Part shown: piece by piece, positions 21,380 to 31,528 of the stretch
How the letters are laid out: the number at the start of each line of letters is the position of its first letter
Numbering within the stretch: the first letter of the stretch is position 1
From: a virus
IMG/VR virus record: IMGVR_UViG_3300038306_000113
Span: 1 to 40,668 of that record
DNA: 40,668 bases
Reading direction: 5' to 3' (one strand)
Program-made: the position numbers and the translations under genes
Notes under the pieces: generated by a model
Told to the model about the DNA's origin: nothing
The model's input: only the letters and a program-made list of their open reading frames with translations
Databases searched by the model: none

Positions 21380-24300
21380 TTATATGTGGTAGTCGGGGTT
21401 TATGGGTGGCAAGCCAATAGCGTAGCAGTTCTGATATGAAGTGCTCCCGCTCGGGCGAGCTGTAAGTCTAAAGAGGGGCGCACCATCGGGTCCGAAGAGG
21501 CGCATTGCGTCCACGACCTCAACGCCCGTTATCGGGTCAATGGTCCCCGGTGGGCATGGAACGTGGAGATTGTTGAACTCGTCGGCTTGAATGCGGATGG
21601 GGGTGTCTGAGGCGAACGCCAGTTTGAGGTCATTGTCTACGGGATCGCCAGAGAGGCGTCCCCAGCCTGTGCCGATAATCCCTGGGTCTTCTGGGTTGAT
21701 GGAGTCCTCTAGGTGACCCATTGAATATTGCCCATCGGCCTCGCCGGGACCGGCAAAGTAAACGCGGTCGCCTTCGCCCTGGGCGAGGCCCGCCGTTGGG
21801 CGAGCCTTTGTCAGTCCAATGACGCCAGCCTTACCGTTGATATCCCTTGTCATAAGGTCACCGAACCCTACGTTGTCGGCGGGCACCTCTGACAAGAGGC
21901 ACCACAGCATATTTCCATCCTGGTCGTGCTTTGCGATCATTGCTCCGGGGGCTCGTACCCGCGGGGGCCATGACTGATAGGTGTCGGGCACAGCATCGGT
22001 GAGCGGGATGTCGTAGGCCCCAAAGACGTGCTTGTACCCATTCTTATAGTGTGGGTGGACATAGCCGGTGCTCGGGAGCCTGTCCGAGATCCCGTGCCGG
22101 GCCATAAGCCAACCCTCAATCTTCTCCACCTCTGTCGAGGCCGTATTCGAGGTCACAGACGAGAAGGTGGCGTCCACGTTGTTCGACACATCCGTGCGGG
22201 TGTTGCTATTTGCCGCATAGCGAGGAGCTGTTAGGACTACGGGCGCGGTGTGGTGCCTGACCCCCTCCAGCAATGGTCCGTCCACGTTGAACTTTCTCCT
22301 TCCCACGGTAAGGACTTGCATGATCTCGCCCATGAACGGCGCGGCCTTCCCATTAGGTTGGCCCCCATCATTGTGGGTATTTCTACCAATGCCGAGGAAT
22401 GATGAGTGTGGGACGAGATCCAGTTTGAAGAATGGAACGTCCAGGTTGTGGTTTGCGGTGGCATAAGCGCCTGTGAGACTCATAGGGAGCGCCTCCCACC
22501 GATCAATGGGCCTACCATTGATCCGCCAGAGACTGCGGGACATCAAGTTCCGATCATTGTAAACAACGTAATAGGTGCCGCCCACCTCGGTGGGGATGTT
22601 GGTAGTCCCAATAATGAGTGAACTGTCCGACGCCACAGTGAACGTGTCGCTTAGGAGGCCATCTTCAGAGTAGACCTTCCCCGCCGCGCCGATTGGGATG
22701 CTGAAGAATGGAGAGCCATTGGTCCAAAGACCGGTTCCGCTAGACATGTTGCCCGTCACCTCCGTAGTCTCCGCAAGCCCGCCGCAGTTCATAAATGTAA
22801 ATACGCACAACCCCTCGCCTGGACTGTCGGAGGCTACATCGTCAAACTGACCCTCCAGCGGCCACCCCCCTCTGCCCGCTCCTTTAGCGACATTCAGGGC
22901 TATCGCGGCATCATCGGCCCCAGTAGCAACCTCTGTATCAGTGACTGTGCCGAGCCAGCCGGTGGAGGAAGTTATGGGGCGAGCATACCCAGGCTTAGTT
23001 ACACCCGCCATATCGGTGCCCTTCGTCCCCCAGGTGTATTGTCTTGTCAAGTTATTGGCCCCGCCACTCCCAAATCCCGAAACAAGAAAGGCTCCAAACC
23101 TCGTAATCAAACCCCCGTTAGCCGCCTCGCCGCCAGCCGCGTGGCGAAGCGTAACGACCTTCGGAGACGCAATAGGCCCGACATCATCCGCCTCCGCCGT
23201 AATATTCCAGGTGGAACTCGTGGCAGCATTCACCGCGGTGGTAAACGCAGTCAAAAAGTTTTGGTTACTGGTGGGGAAGGCTCCTACGCCCAAAGTGGAA
23301 CCTGCGCCGCCGAGGCCGGCGGAATGGACCACTTCGATAGCGGTCCCAGAGATGTTGGTGTTGCTCGCGAATGTCTTGGTGACCCCACTGGGGGAGAGGT
23401 TGTCGGGGATCGTAATGGAGTGGCCTGTATCAATCTTTGGAAAGACTGGGTTTGCCGCTACTGTGCCCACCCCGTGGCCGTCACCCATGCAGCCGGAGTT
23501 TAGAAAAATGGAGTTTCGGAAATCCTCATTGTACTTTCCGCCATCATACCCCGGCTGTCCACTGTAATCGGCAGACCCGCTGAACGCAGTGCTGTGCATT
23601 TGGTCGAAAAGCCAACGCTTTGCGCCTGTGTCAATATTTCCAGTCGAGTCCTCACCGGTCGCTTCGGATGTTTCGGGGCGGCACACGATGAAAAGGCAGT
23701 ACGCGCCATCCCCGTGGTTTGGAACCATCGTTTTACATGATCCCCTGTTGGCGTCGGTCCCGCCACCATTATTGGATTTCATCGCCTTTGACCCGTCGAA
23801 GTAAATGGAGGGACTCCTCGTGCTCCCTACGCTCCTGTAGGTCGGCGGCTTTACGGCATAACCAGAAGTGGTAGCGCCTGCCGCCGAGTCACCTGGAACT
23901 CCCGCCGATCCAGCCGTGTAGCCCATCATATTCCGATTATTACCGGAACGATCCTGCCATATCTCCACTTCGTCCCCGTCCTCGAGGCCCGTGATGTCCT
24001 CGGCCCGAAGGTCGCACCAGACTCTTTCGGTTGAGTCCTCGAGGTCATCGATCGTCCAGCCCTCTAGGGGTATACCCACTCCTGGTTGCAGGGGGAGGGA
24101 GTCCCTAGTGGCTAGATACGGGTGCCCAGTAATGGATGACCCATCAGGGCGAATAATCATGCACGTTGCAGGGTACGGAACTACCGCCCTCGACGCCTCT
24201 ATAGGGGATCCTCCTGAGAGGTTGAAAAGCGTAGAAACCCAGCAAGTCGCGTTCTGGTCGCTCTGCTCTAAAACCTTGAGCGACCCCTCGTGCATCCGAA

Positions 24301-24931
24301 GCTCTTTGACCCATGTGCCTGTCTGCCACACCCAATCCAGCTTGGGCTCGGTGTCGATGCTATTAGCAACCGGTGCCTGCCGAATCCGATAGACCGATGC
24401 CCCTTCGGATTTCCCTGGCCCGCTCTCCACGCCAACATGGAGGGCAAGATCAGGCCCAATGGCAAGAGGACCGAGTATGAATGCCTTGTCTTCTACGGGC
24501 AGGGTGTACGTCCATAACATAACCCCCGTGGTCCCGTTTCGCTTTTCAATCGTCCTGCCCGACAACCAGTAGCTCGACCCTGCGGTATCGGTTACTACGT
24601 TGCGGGAAGATTCATTGGAGCCAGCGTTCTCGGACCATTCCTGCTCGAGGCGGGCAAACCCCGGATCGTCCAGCTCACCACTCAGTTCGGTGTAGTTTAC
24701 CGTCTTGTTGTCGTATACAACCGAGCGGACAGCGCGAAGGGGAGTGCCCGCTACCTGTGAGTTGTGGTGCTTGGACAGTCCCGCTCGCTGCGCCCCGCGC
24801 TTTCGACCCGTCGTGGGGTCAACGCTCCGCATGTTCCTTGCGTCCCTGGTAGTCTCTCCACCTTGGTCCGTGAAGGATTGGTCATCACTCAGCCCGCGCT
24901 GCGGGAATGGGAAGTCCATATCGGGAGTCAT
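21380..24931 (-). CDS. Large tail fibre or spike protein with a LamG/ConA-like lectin domain (1183 aa from ATG 24931)
   Basis: WQDRSGNNRNMMGYTAG...PPTYRSVGSTRSPSIYFDGSKAM is LamG_3-like. ATG 24931 shares one base with the upstream TAA (TAATG). The 35-codon upstream extension in the ORF track is Arg/Cys-rich and unlikely to be real. Confidence 0.65.
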   Translation of the reverse strand: MTPDMDFPFPQRGLSDDQSFTDQGGETTRDARNMRSVDPTTGRKRGAQRAGLSKHHNSQVAGTPLRAVRSVVYDNKTVNYTELSGELDDPGFARLEQEWSENAGSNESSRNVVTDTAGSSYWLSGRTIEKRNGTTGVMLWTYTLPVEDKAFILGPLAIGPDLALHVGVESGPGKSEGASVYRIRQAPVANSIDTEPKLDWVWQTGTWVKELRMHEGSLKVLEQSDQNATCWVSTLFNLSGGSPIEASRAVVPYPATCMIIRPDGSSITGHPYLATRDSLPLQPGVGIPLEGWTIDDLEDSTERVWCDLRAEDITGLEDGDEVEIWQDRSGNNRNMMGYTAGSAGVPGDSAAGATTSGYAVKPPTYRSVGSTRSPSIYFDGSKAMKSNNGGGTDANRGSCKTMVPNHGDGAYCLFIVCRPETSEATGEDSTGNIDTGAKRWLFDQMHSTAFSGSADYSGQPGYDGGKYNEDFRNSIFLNSGCMGDGHGVGTVAANPVFPKIDTGHSITIPDNLSPSGVTKTFASNTNISGTAIEVVHSAGLGGAGSTLGVGAFPTSNQNFLTAFTTAVNAATSSTWNITAEADDVGPIASPKVVTLRHAAGGEAANGGLITRFGAFLVSGFGSGGANNLTRQYTWGTKGTDMAGVTKPGYARPITSSTGWLGTVTDTEVATGADDAAIALNVAKGAGRGGWPLEGQFDDVASDSPGEGLCVFTFMNCGGLAETTEVTGNMSSGTGLWTNGSPFFSIPIGAAGKVYSEDGLLSDTFTVASDSSLIIGTTNIPTEVGGTYYVVYNDRNLMSRSLWRINGRPIDRWEALPMSLTGAYATANHNLDVPFFKLDLVPHSSFLGIGRNTHNDGGQPNGKAAPFMGEIMQVLTVGRRKFNVDGPLLEGVRHHTAPVVLTAPRYAANSNTRTDVSNNVDATFSSVTSNTASTEVEKIEGWLMARHGISDRLPSTGYVHPHYKNGYKHVFGAYDIPLTDAVPDTYQSWPPRVRAPGAMIAKHDQDGNMLWCLLSEVPADNVGFGDLMTRDINGKAGVIGLTKARPTAGLAQGEGDRVYFAGPGEADGQYSMGHLEDSINPEDPGIIGTGWGRLSGDPVDNDLKLAFASDTPIRIQADEFNNLHVPCPPGTIDPITGVEVVDAMRLFGPDGAPLFRLTARPSGSTSYQNCYAIGLPPINPDYHI

Positions 24932-25290
24932 TATTCTACCTGGAAAAGGATTGTCCAATCGTCCGCACCCGCGGCGGCAACAAGCTGCACATACCACTCT
25001 CCGGTCAGCAGTAAACCGCCACCGGGGAACTCCCAAAAGCCCTTACCTGGCTCACCAGTTTCCAAACTGCACAGCATCGCCCGTTGCCCATCTGCGTGGT
25101 ACAGTGCGAGTGAGGGGGCGGATGCGGCTGCTGTGGCGGGGACATGAATCGAGGTAATGAGCGTGGTGGTCCTAGACGTAGAGAAGTTTTCTACGGGTGG
25201 AACGCCTACCGTTGCCGATGTAGCCACAATCGACCCCTTGCCGTCGAGTGGATGATATGTCCCACTCGCCGTGCCTGCGGGGATGTGCAT
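24931..25290 (-). CDS. Hypothetical virion protein (about 119 aa). The start is uncertain (ATG 25290 or GTG 25317).
   Basis: ORF in the late operon. Its stop overlaps the start of the 1183-aa gene. Confidence 0.55.
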   Translation of the reverse strand: MHIPAGTASGTYHPLDGKGSIVATSATVGVPPVENFSTSRTTTLITSIHVPATAAASAPSLALYHADGQRAMLCSLETGEPGKGFWEFPGGGLLLTGEWYVQLVAAAGADDWTILFQVE

Positions 25291-25319
25291 AGAGAAGTTA
25301 CCTGTGAAGGGCTGCACGC

Positions 25320-25718
25320 TTACTCGAAATACTGCTGGATGCGGAAGGTGAGAAAGCCGCCGTCTCCCGCCCATGTAACCTTGAACCCGTCCCTTAGCGG
25401 AATCCTCATTGAGTCCATGCCCTTGTTTCCATTGTCCGCTTCGGACTCCATAAGCAAGAACTTGCCGTCTGCGTGAAGCTCAGTGATCGCGACGGACGTG
25501 GTGTTTGAGGCAAGGTGAATGCCCTCGATCACCACGTCAAAAGTCCCCGCGGTAAGCGAAGACCATAAGGCATCGCCAACAGTCGCAGAGATATCGCCCC
25601 GGCCTGTAGTGGGGTATCGGTCTGCCGCCGCTCCGGTCGATTGTGCCCAGTATGAGCCTGCGGTGGCGGGGGGTGTGGTGCTGCGGATGCCGCGCCTACT
25701 CGAGAATCGTCTAGCCAT
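25320..25718 (-). CDS. Hypothetical virion protein (132 aa)
   Basis: ORF in the late operon, 2 nt from the upstream stop. Confidence 0.65.
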   Translation of the reverse strand: MARRFSSRRGIRSTTPPATAGSYWAQSTGAAADRYPTTGRGDISATVGDALWSSLTAGTFDVVIEGIHLASNTTSVAITELHADGKFLLMESEADNGNKGMDSMRIPLRDGFKVTWAGDGGFLTFRIQQYFE

Positions 25719-25720
25719 GA

Positions 25721-26677
25721 TTAGTCCTGGAAAAGGCGCTCATCGAGCCCCGTGCCTAGTGGGTCGTACCCGTGAGCCCTGGAGCCCTTTCGGATCGCCG
25801 CCTTGGGAGTTGGGCCAAGATCGCTCTGGCCCGCGGTGTCGCGCCTTGCGGCGTCGATAAAGATGGGGAGCGCCTGCACTTGCGCGACGGCTGCTCCAAG
25901 GTCTACCCCACCTTCGTACCCAAGCGCAAAGGCTCGGACGTACTGGAGATACAAAGTCTCCATGTAGGGGGGGATGCTAATGATGTCCGCGTCCGAGGTT
26001 AGCTCGGGCCATAGCCGGTAGTAGGTGGCCGACAGCGCAAGGTCATCCACGACCGTAGGCTGGGGCCAAATCTTGAGCGTTGGGACGGGGGTGGACTTCT
26101 CCGCAAGGACGTTCCACTCCAGGGCGTACCCTGTCACGAAGTTGTTCTGTACCAAGGCGAGCGAGTCAATCCGCATCAGCTCGGTGGTGGTCCCCGAAAA
26201 CGCGGTTCGTGTGAACCCGTCTGTACCGAAAACCTTGATGATTGTGCCGAAGTCGCTCGGCAACTGAATGCGCCCCATGCGCACCGTGAAGGAAACCGTG
26301 GGCGTGCCCGTCGCCCCTGGAGGGTTGGTCGCGAGCGTGATGGTGTTAGCGTCGGCGTTCGTCAGGATCTTGTGCTCAGTCGTAACGCCTGCCGCATCAG
26401 TCAACTGAACCGTGTCGCCAGCAACTAGAGAGTAGGACGCAAACGCGCTACTGAGTTCCAACGTCTTTGTCAAAACCGTGAGCACTGCGCCTGTTCCCGT
26501 GACTGCTGCTCGAAAGCCTATGGCACCCGTGCTTCGGGCCATGTAGACCCAATCTCGAGCAGACTCCATAGCTTCGCCCGCCTGGTTGAGAGCGGTGAGC
26601 CCCGTTACCGTTGAGGACATAGGTCCACCAAGGGCGTGTTCGATGTGGGCTAGAGCCTGCCGTGCTAGTAAAACCAT
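25721..26677 (-). CDS. Hypothetical head-tail region protein (318 aa)
   Basis: It is the first ORF after the capsid/decoration genes and the hairpin. Function is inferred from position only. Confidence 0.6.
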   Translation of the reverse strand: MVLLARQALAHIEHALGGPMSSTVTGLTALNQAGEAMESARDWVYMARSTGAIGFRAAVTGTGAVLTVLTKTLELSSAFASYSLVAGDTVQLTDAAGVTTEHKILTNADANTITLATNPPGATGTPTVSFTVRMGRIQLPSDFGTIIKVFGTDGFTRTAFSGTTTELMRIDSLALVQNNFVTGYALEWNVLAEKSTPVPTLKIWPQPTVVDDLALSATYYRLWPELTSDADIISIPPYMETLYLQYVRAFALGYEGGVDLGAAVAQVQALPIFIDAARRDTAGQSDLGPTPKAAIRKGSRAHGYDPLGTGLDERLFQD

Positions 26678-26700
26678 ACTCGAATAGAAGGGAAAGTGAC

Positions 26701-26731
26701 CCCCAAGGCGGTGAGGAGTACCGCCAAGGGG
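26701..26731 (-). terminator. Imperfect hairpin after the capsid/decoration genes (possible leaky terminator or attenuator)
   Basis: ccccaaggcggt / gaggagt / accgccaagggg. On the - strand it is followed by a T/C-rich run gtcactttcccttctattc. Confidence 0.3.
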
Positions 26732-26750
26732 ATCGGGTTAGGTCAAAAGC

Positions 26751-27194
26751 CTAGGCATGCTTAGTGCCTAGACCAGTTCCGCAGAACCAAGCCTTGAGCA
26801 CAAGGCCGGTATTGGCTTCAGGGGCCAAGCCAATGATCATGTCACCGGTCGCAGCCACAACAGCAGCACCCGCGCCATCCGAGGTGATCTTGTCGCCTTC
26901 CGACAAGTCGGCGGCGGCTTGGACCAGGATCTCGGTATAGCCTTGGATGAGGAACTTGCCAGTGGAGCCACTATCAATCGCCTCCATTGCCATTACCCAC
27001 TGAGTCCCCTCTTCCGCACCAGCCGCGACCGCTGCCGAAGCAACAGCCACGCCGTAGGTCGAGCTGGGCGTGAAGGTCATGTCAATGGTGTAAATCACAC
27101 CTTTCGTGATGGCGTCATGCGCCACCAAGTCCACTGTGATCTCACGCGGAAGTACGCCAGAGTTACCTGGCAGTCTGTCAAAAATAAATCCCAT
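26751..27194 (-). CDS. Head decoration-like protein (147 aa)
   Basis: It lies immediately downstream of the capsid gene with a strong SD (AGGAGG). The Ala/Gly/Val-rich sequence resembles DUF2190-type decoration proteins. Confidence 0.4.
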   Translation of the reverse strand: MGFIFDRLPGNSGVLPREITVDLVAHDAITKGVIYTIDMTFTPSSTYGVAVASAAVAAGAEEGTQWVMAMEAIDSGSTGKFLIQGYTEILVQAAADLSEGDKITSDGAGAAVVAATGDMIIGLAPEANTGLVLKAWFCGTGLGTKHA

Positions 27195-27213
27195 ATCAAT
27201 AACCTCCTAGTTA

Positions 27214-28377
27214 TTAGATGACGCCAGTGGCGGGGTGAACGATGAATCCCTTGCTGCGGTCGCAGCAGACGAGTTGGTTGTAGGTCTTGAAGACCTGCAC
27301 ATACTCGTTGGGCTTACCAACCGCGGTGAGGTCTGTGACATCCCCCGGCTTCATGTAACGGTCGCGCATGAACATCGGGTTCATGTACTTCTTAGAGACG
27401 CCGTAGTAGCGGGGTCCATCCTTATCCACACCAGCCTCGACCTCACCCTTGAGGGTGGCTGACCCATCCTTGTAGAGTTGAGCAGCGTTTAGGGTCGTGA
27501 TGTTACGGAAGATCATGTTGTCCAACGTAACGCCCATGTGACTCAGCTCGCGTGTGCCCCAAGTGTCCTGTCCCGCACGAAGCGCGGCAGTAACCACCCG
27601 AAGGCCGGTGTCCGAACAGAAAACCACGTTGGGAACCGACTCCATCACCCCGTCTTCAGGGTTGAAGGGGAGCGGCTCAAAGTGTGAAATCTGAGCGGCG
27701 TAGATCAGGGAACCGATGAGGTCACCGCCGTCTTCTGCGTCACCACCGTAGGTGGCATACTCAACGCGCTGGTTGTCCCACTTCGAGTAGGTCGCCGGGG
27801 CGAGGCCGAGAACGTCAGTCATTGCCGTTCCGTCCGCCTGAAGGGGGAGTCCGGTTGTCTCCTCCGTCATGTAGTACGGAATCGACATCGGAGCGGTAAA
27901 GTTCGTCCGCATTGCAGCCTGGTCAGGTGCAGCCCAGAACTCGCCCTCAAACTGGTCAGCTTGAGTTTGCGTTAGGTTCTGATACTTCCCTTTCAGGATG
28001 TCGTTGAACTTGGCTCGGATGTACTCCTTGCCCATTGAGCTGTCGGCGTTCAAGTCAAGCTCGACCTCATCCCATGCGAGGTAAGTCGCATAGAAAGACA
28101 TCTGAGTGGTGACCTTGGTTCCGACTTGCTTGTTGTCGTAGTCAAAGCGAAGACCGGCACCGCCGAAGCGTTTACCGACGTTCTCTGACTTCAGGTAGAG
28201 GGTGTCTCGGATCGTTTGACCCGTGTGAAGCATCTCCTCGTCGGTTTTGCCGCCGACCAGGAAGTTACTGGTGTAATGGGCTTGCTGAACAAGGTTTCGA
28301 TACCCGTTCTTGCCCCCGAGCGCAGTTTCGCTCGTCTCGCGAACTGTGTCCGCGAAAAGGTCTGTAAGACCAGCCAT
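27214..28377 (-). CDS. Major capsid protein (387 aa)
   Basis: The position (portal, scaffold, then this gene), the size and the SD GGAGA all fit. I recognised no diagnostic motif by eye. Confidence 0.55.
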   Translation of the reverse strand: MAGLTDLFADTVRETSETALGGKNGYRNLVQQAHYTSNFLVGGKTDEEMLHTGQTIRDTLYLKSENVGKRFGGAGLRFDYDNKQVGTKVTTQMSFYATYLAWDEVELDLNADSSMGKEYIRAKFNDILKGKYQNLTQTQADQFEGEFWAAPDQAAMRTNFTAPMSIPYYMTEETTGLPLQADGTAMTDVLGLAPATYSKWDNQRVEYATYGGDAEDGGDLIGSLIYAAQISHFEPLPFNPEDGVMESVPNVVFCSDTGLRVVTAALRAGQDTWGTRELSHMGVTLDNMIFRNITTLNAAQLYKDGSATLKGEVEAGVDKDGPRYYGVSKKYMNPMFMRDRYMKPGDVTDLTAVGKPNEYVQVFKTYNQLVCCDRSKGFIVHPATGVI

Positions 28378-28428
28378 GATAATATCTCCGTATTTGAAAG
28401 AGTAGAGTTAGGTGAAACGAAGAGTGCG

Positions 28429-29382
28429 CTAAGACCTGCGGCCCATGTTGGTGCTCCATGCCCGATCAAACCCAGCATCGAACATCTCGCGCTTGGTCGT
28501 GGGATCGGGAAGCGGAACAGCGTTAGAGTTTGACCCCGGTGCTTCGGCTACTCGTCGTTTCGTCGATGTCTCGCCCCCGTAAATGAGAGATGCGGCATCA
28601 CTCAGCGCAGCCTCGATACGATCCTCGACTTTCATCGCGGCGTACTTGTCGGCGTTTATCCGAGTGATCTCCGTTGCCATCTGCTCAAGCTTGGCACGAG
28701 ACTCAGGTTTGGAAAGATCAGGGCGCGTTTGCGCCAAACCATCCATTACCGCATCGGCTTGCTTACGCAGCGGGGCCAGTTGGCGTTCCGACTCTCGCTG
28801 CTCAAGCTGCTTCCGTAGTGCCTCATTTTCAGACGCACCCTTCTGCAAAGCCTCAATGATAGGACGGGCGGCTTCCTCGCCTAACTCTTCTACAACGGCG
28901 GTGTAGTCTACTTCCCCCTCGGTGGTCCCATCATCGCTACCCACACCGTCGCCATCGGGTGCAGCAGTCGTTTCAGGGGTCGAGTCGGAAGCTGGCTGGG
29001 CCGATGCTTCGCGTTCGCGTTTCTGCCTCTCGAGATGCTCCCGGTCGGACTGACGGCGAATAGTGCTCGCCTCCTGCCCCATCGAGATGATCTCGGCCTC
29101 GGATTTCCCCTTGAGACTCTCGGGCGGGAGGCCGACGCGCTTGGTTTCGGCAATGGCCTCTAGGACCGTCATGCTGTCAACACTAGCGTCGGGGTTGTCC
29201 CCTGAACCTACATCTTGGGAGTTCGCGTCCTCTTCCGCAACAGGAAGTTGAGGGTTATTTGAAGGAACTTCGTCCACGTTTACCGCTTCTGAACTCCCCA
29301 TAGCCTCGGCGTTCTTGTCCCAGGCACGGTCAAATGCGTCATGGAACTCCCCTTTTGCTTCTGTTTCCTCTTGGTCAATCAT
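28429..29382 (-). CDS. Scaffolding protein (317 aa)
   Basis: Highly acidic and helical (E/D/A/K-rich). It lies between the portal region and the capsid gene. Confidence 0.5.
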   Translation of the reverse strand: MIDQEETEAKGEFHDAFDRAWDKNAEAMGSSEAVNVDEVPSNNPQLPVAEEDANSQDVGSGDNPDASVDSMTVLEAIAETKRVGLPPESLKGKSEAEIISMGQEASTIRRQSDREHLERQKREREASAQPASDSTPETTAAPDGDGVGSDDGTTEGEVDYTAVVEELGEEAARPIIEALQKGASENEALRKQLEQRESERQLAPLRKQADAVMDGLAQTRPDLSKPESRAKLEQMATEITRINADKYAAMKVEDRIEAALSDAASLIYGGETSTKRRVAEAPGSNSNAVPLPDPTTKREMFDAGFDRAWSTNMGRRS

Positions 29383-29735
29383 CCTTTTGTCCGCTCCTTC
29401 TTGGACTTATTGAAATACTCTGGGTCACCAGCCGAGGCGGAGGCGTCTACCTCCTCAAATATGTCCCGGTTGTACTCTAACTGCGGGTTTGCCCTCTCGA
29501 TGCTGGCGATGTCGCGCAGACCTTCGATGATGGGTTCGCCCTTTTTCGTGTAGTTCGATGCGCCCTTAGTCCACTTGGGAAGCGACCTAGAGATGTGAGC
29601 CACACCCTTTGATATCTGAGCCACCTGGGGCACATCGTAGTGCTGGGATTGGGCGGGGTGAGGCTTTGAGTCCTCGATGACCTTCTGCTCTACGAGCTGA
29701 GATCCCGAGTCAGTCTCGATCCACACCCAACTCAT
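29379..29735 (-). CDS. Hypothetical protein (118 aa)
   Basis: ATGA overlaps with the portal gene upstream and the scaffold gene downstream. Confidence 0.65.
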   Translation of the reverse strand: MSWVWIETDSGSQLVEQKVIEDSKPHPAQSQHYDVPQVAQISKGVAHISRSLPKWTKGASNYTKKGEPIIEGLRDIASIERANPQLEYNRDIFEEVDASASAGDPEYFNKSKKERTKG

Positions 29736-31528
29736 AGTGCCCCGCCCGCGGCCATTGCCCCAGCTTGAGGGCCAACAGGACCACCGGCTGCGGGTTGCAT
29801 GGCTGCTTGCTGCTGCATAGCCATCTGCTGTGCCACGGCATCCGTACCAGGCATGTGCTTGCCCAGCCCTGGCATGTTCAGCTTCCCGCTAATATCGTCC
29901 GCTGCGCCCTTGGCGTCGAAGTCAGGGAACATCTGCTGCATCTCCAGGAGCTTGCCGATCATCTCGACAGACTCAAACACGCGCTTCTGCTGGAGAGCCT
30001 CAGATGTCCGCTCCATTGACATAGCCTCGATGCGTACCATCAGACCGTCAAAGGCATTGCGGGGTCCGGTCTTCAACGAGTCGCCACCTGTAAAGATCAC
30101 CACCTCGCCGTCCTGCGGCTTCAGGAGTTCGTCACCGATGGGAAGGCCAGCGTCTCGCATCATCTCGAGCCCGCTCTGCCTCGCAGCATCGGGGAGGGCG
30201 ATGATGAAGTCAGGCGAGTGCATGATCTGCCAAGCAGCAACGTATATCTGGCGCTCTGCTGCGCGTTGTAACGAGTTGCGGAGCAGTGCCGTCTTCACAC
30301 CTGTTGACTTGTCTGCGATGCTCTCAGCGGTTGCTGTGGTGCCCCTGGTGGCTACGCCTCGCAGCGTGTCCGACATGCCTAGCGTCTTGTCAACAGCATC
30401 ACGGCTCAAACCGTAGGCGCTGACCATCTGCCCACTTGGGCCACCGATCTCGATTTCCTTGACTGCCATCTGTAGGAGTTCCCCGCCGAGGCCCACCTTC
30501 ACAATGCCGTCCATCTCATCGTTGTAGAGAGCGTCGGCCACCTCTTCAGTGGCGAGTACGTTTCTCTTGTAGCTCTCGCAGGACTTGATGAGTGCCTCGC
30601 CAAAGCGGGCATCTCGGTCGATCTGCGGCCAAGCGGCGGCGAGTGGTGCTTTGCGGGATCTGCGACCAGGCTCGGGGACGCATTCGTAGACCTGATACGG
30701 ACCCATTGCAGGACCGCGGTACACGCGAGGCTTGCGGAGGTCTGTTCCGCCACCGGAGTTCTCGACCATCGTGTAGATCGTGCCGAAGTGTAAGTCATCA
30801 TCCCCCGGCTTCTCGTCCCCGTCATAGGAGCCAAGCGCGTCGGGGTCGATGTAGTTGGGGACATACATCTGGTGGACTGTGATGAGGTCATCGTCCGTGG
30901 TAGTGGATGAGCCTGAGAACGACCGGAGAGCCTCCAGATTGTAGCTGTCATCCTCTGTCGCCACGCGCTTCAAGCGGTTGCGGGAATCCTTCCATTTGTG
31001 GCCCATGCGCCTCGCAGCGTCCGTGGTCCGAACGTCCGAGTCGATGAAGAAGTCTGAAGGGTGGATGTAGACGAGCCGGGGAGCCACGAGCATCTCGCCA
31101 GCCTCTACCGGACGCCGCTTGCCCTCCCAATCAATCAGGTTGAGCCCGTCCATGTAGCGGGGGGCTGCACAGTCCTCGGACGTGACCATCGTCACACCTC
31201 GCCATGCGAGCGCATCGGTGAAAACCTGCTCCCAGATCGTGTTCCACCGCTGCGTCTCCATGAGGGACTCGAGGGCGTACCGCAGGCCGAGAGCATCGTA
31301 CTGAGCCATGCCAGGGACGCGGCTCTCAACGCTCAGGCTTGGGTTTGTCCAGACGAGCTGGGGGAGCATGATGGTCAGGTATTCCCAGCAGCTATTCGTC
31401 GGCGCATTGTCGCGACCATCGAGGCTGAACTGGATCTCCTCCAAGCGGGTGCGGCCACCGCTATCCTTGGAGATGTCGCGCTGCATTGCTTTCCAGCGTA
31501 GCTCGCTCGTTTCGTGGAATGGTTTCAT
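29732..31528 (-). CDS. Portal protein (598 aa)
   Basis: It lies immediately downstream of TerL with an ATGA overlap. The size and the Ala/Gln/Met-rich C-terminus are typical. Called mainly by position. Confidence 0.6.
   Translation of the reverse strand: MKPFHETSELRWKAMQRDISKDSGGRTRLEEIQFSLDGRDNAPTNSCWEYLTIMLPQLVWTNPSLSVESRVPGMAQYDALGLRYALESLMETQRWNTIWEQVFTDALAWRGVTMVTSEDCAAPRYMDGLNLIDWEGKRRPVEAGEMLVAPRLVYIHPSDFFIDSDVRTTDAARRMGHKWKDSRNRLKRVATEDDSYNLEALRSFSGSSTTTDDDLITVHQMYVPNYIDPDALGSYDGDEKPGDDDLHFGTIYTMVENSGGGTDLRKPRVYRGPAMGPYQVYECVPEPGRRSRKAPLAAAWPQIDRDARFGEALIKSCESYKRNVLATEEVADALYNDEMDGIVKVGLGGELLQMAVKEIEIGGPSGQMVSAYGLSRDAVDKTLGMSDTLRGVATRGTTATAESIADKSTGVKTALLRNSLQRAAERQIYVAAWQIMHSPDFIIALPDAARQSGLEMMRDAGLPIGDELLKPQDGEVVIFTGGDSLKTGPRNAFDGLMVRIEAMSMERTSEALQQKRVFESVEMIGKLLEMQQMFPDFDAKGAADDISGKLNMPGLGKHMPGTDAVAQQMAMQQQAAMQPAAGGPVGPQAGAMAAGGAL

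Noticed and set aside
24932-25036. N-terminal extensions in the ORF track for the 1218-aa ORF. The same applies at 35704-35772 and 6052-6162.
   Set aside because: The extensions are Arg/Cys/Gly-rich and overlap upstream genes or the control region. Internal ATGs coincide with stop-start overlaps or good SD sites (TAATG at 24931; AAGGAGAC before 35703; ATGA at 6051).
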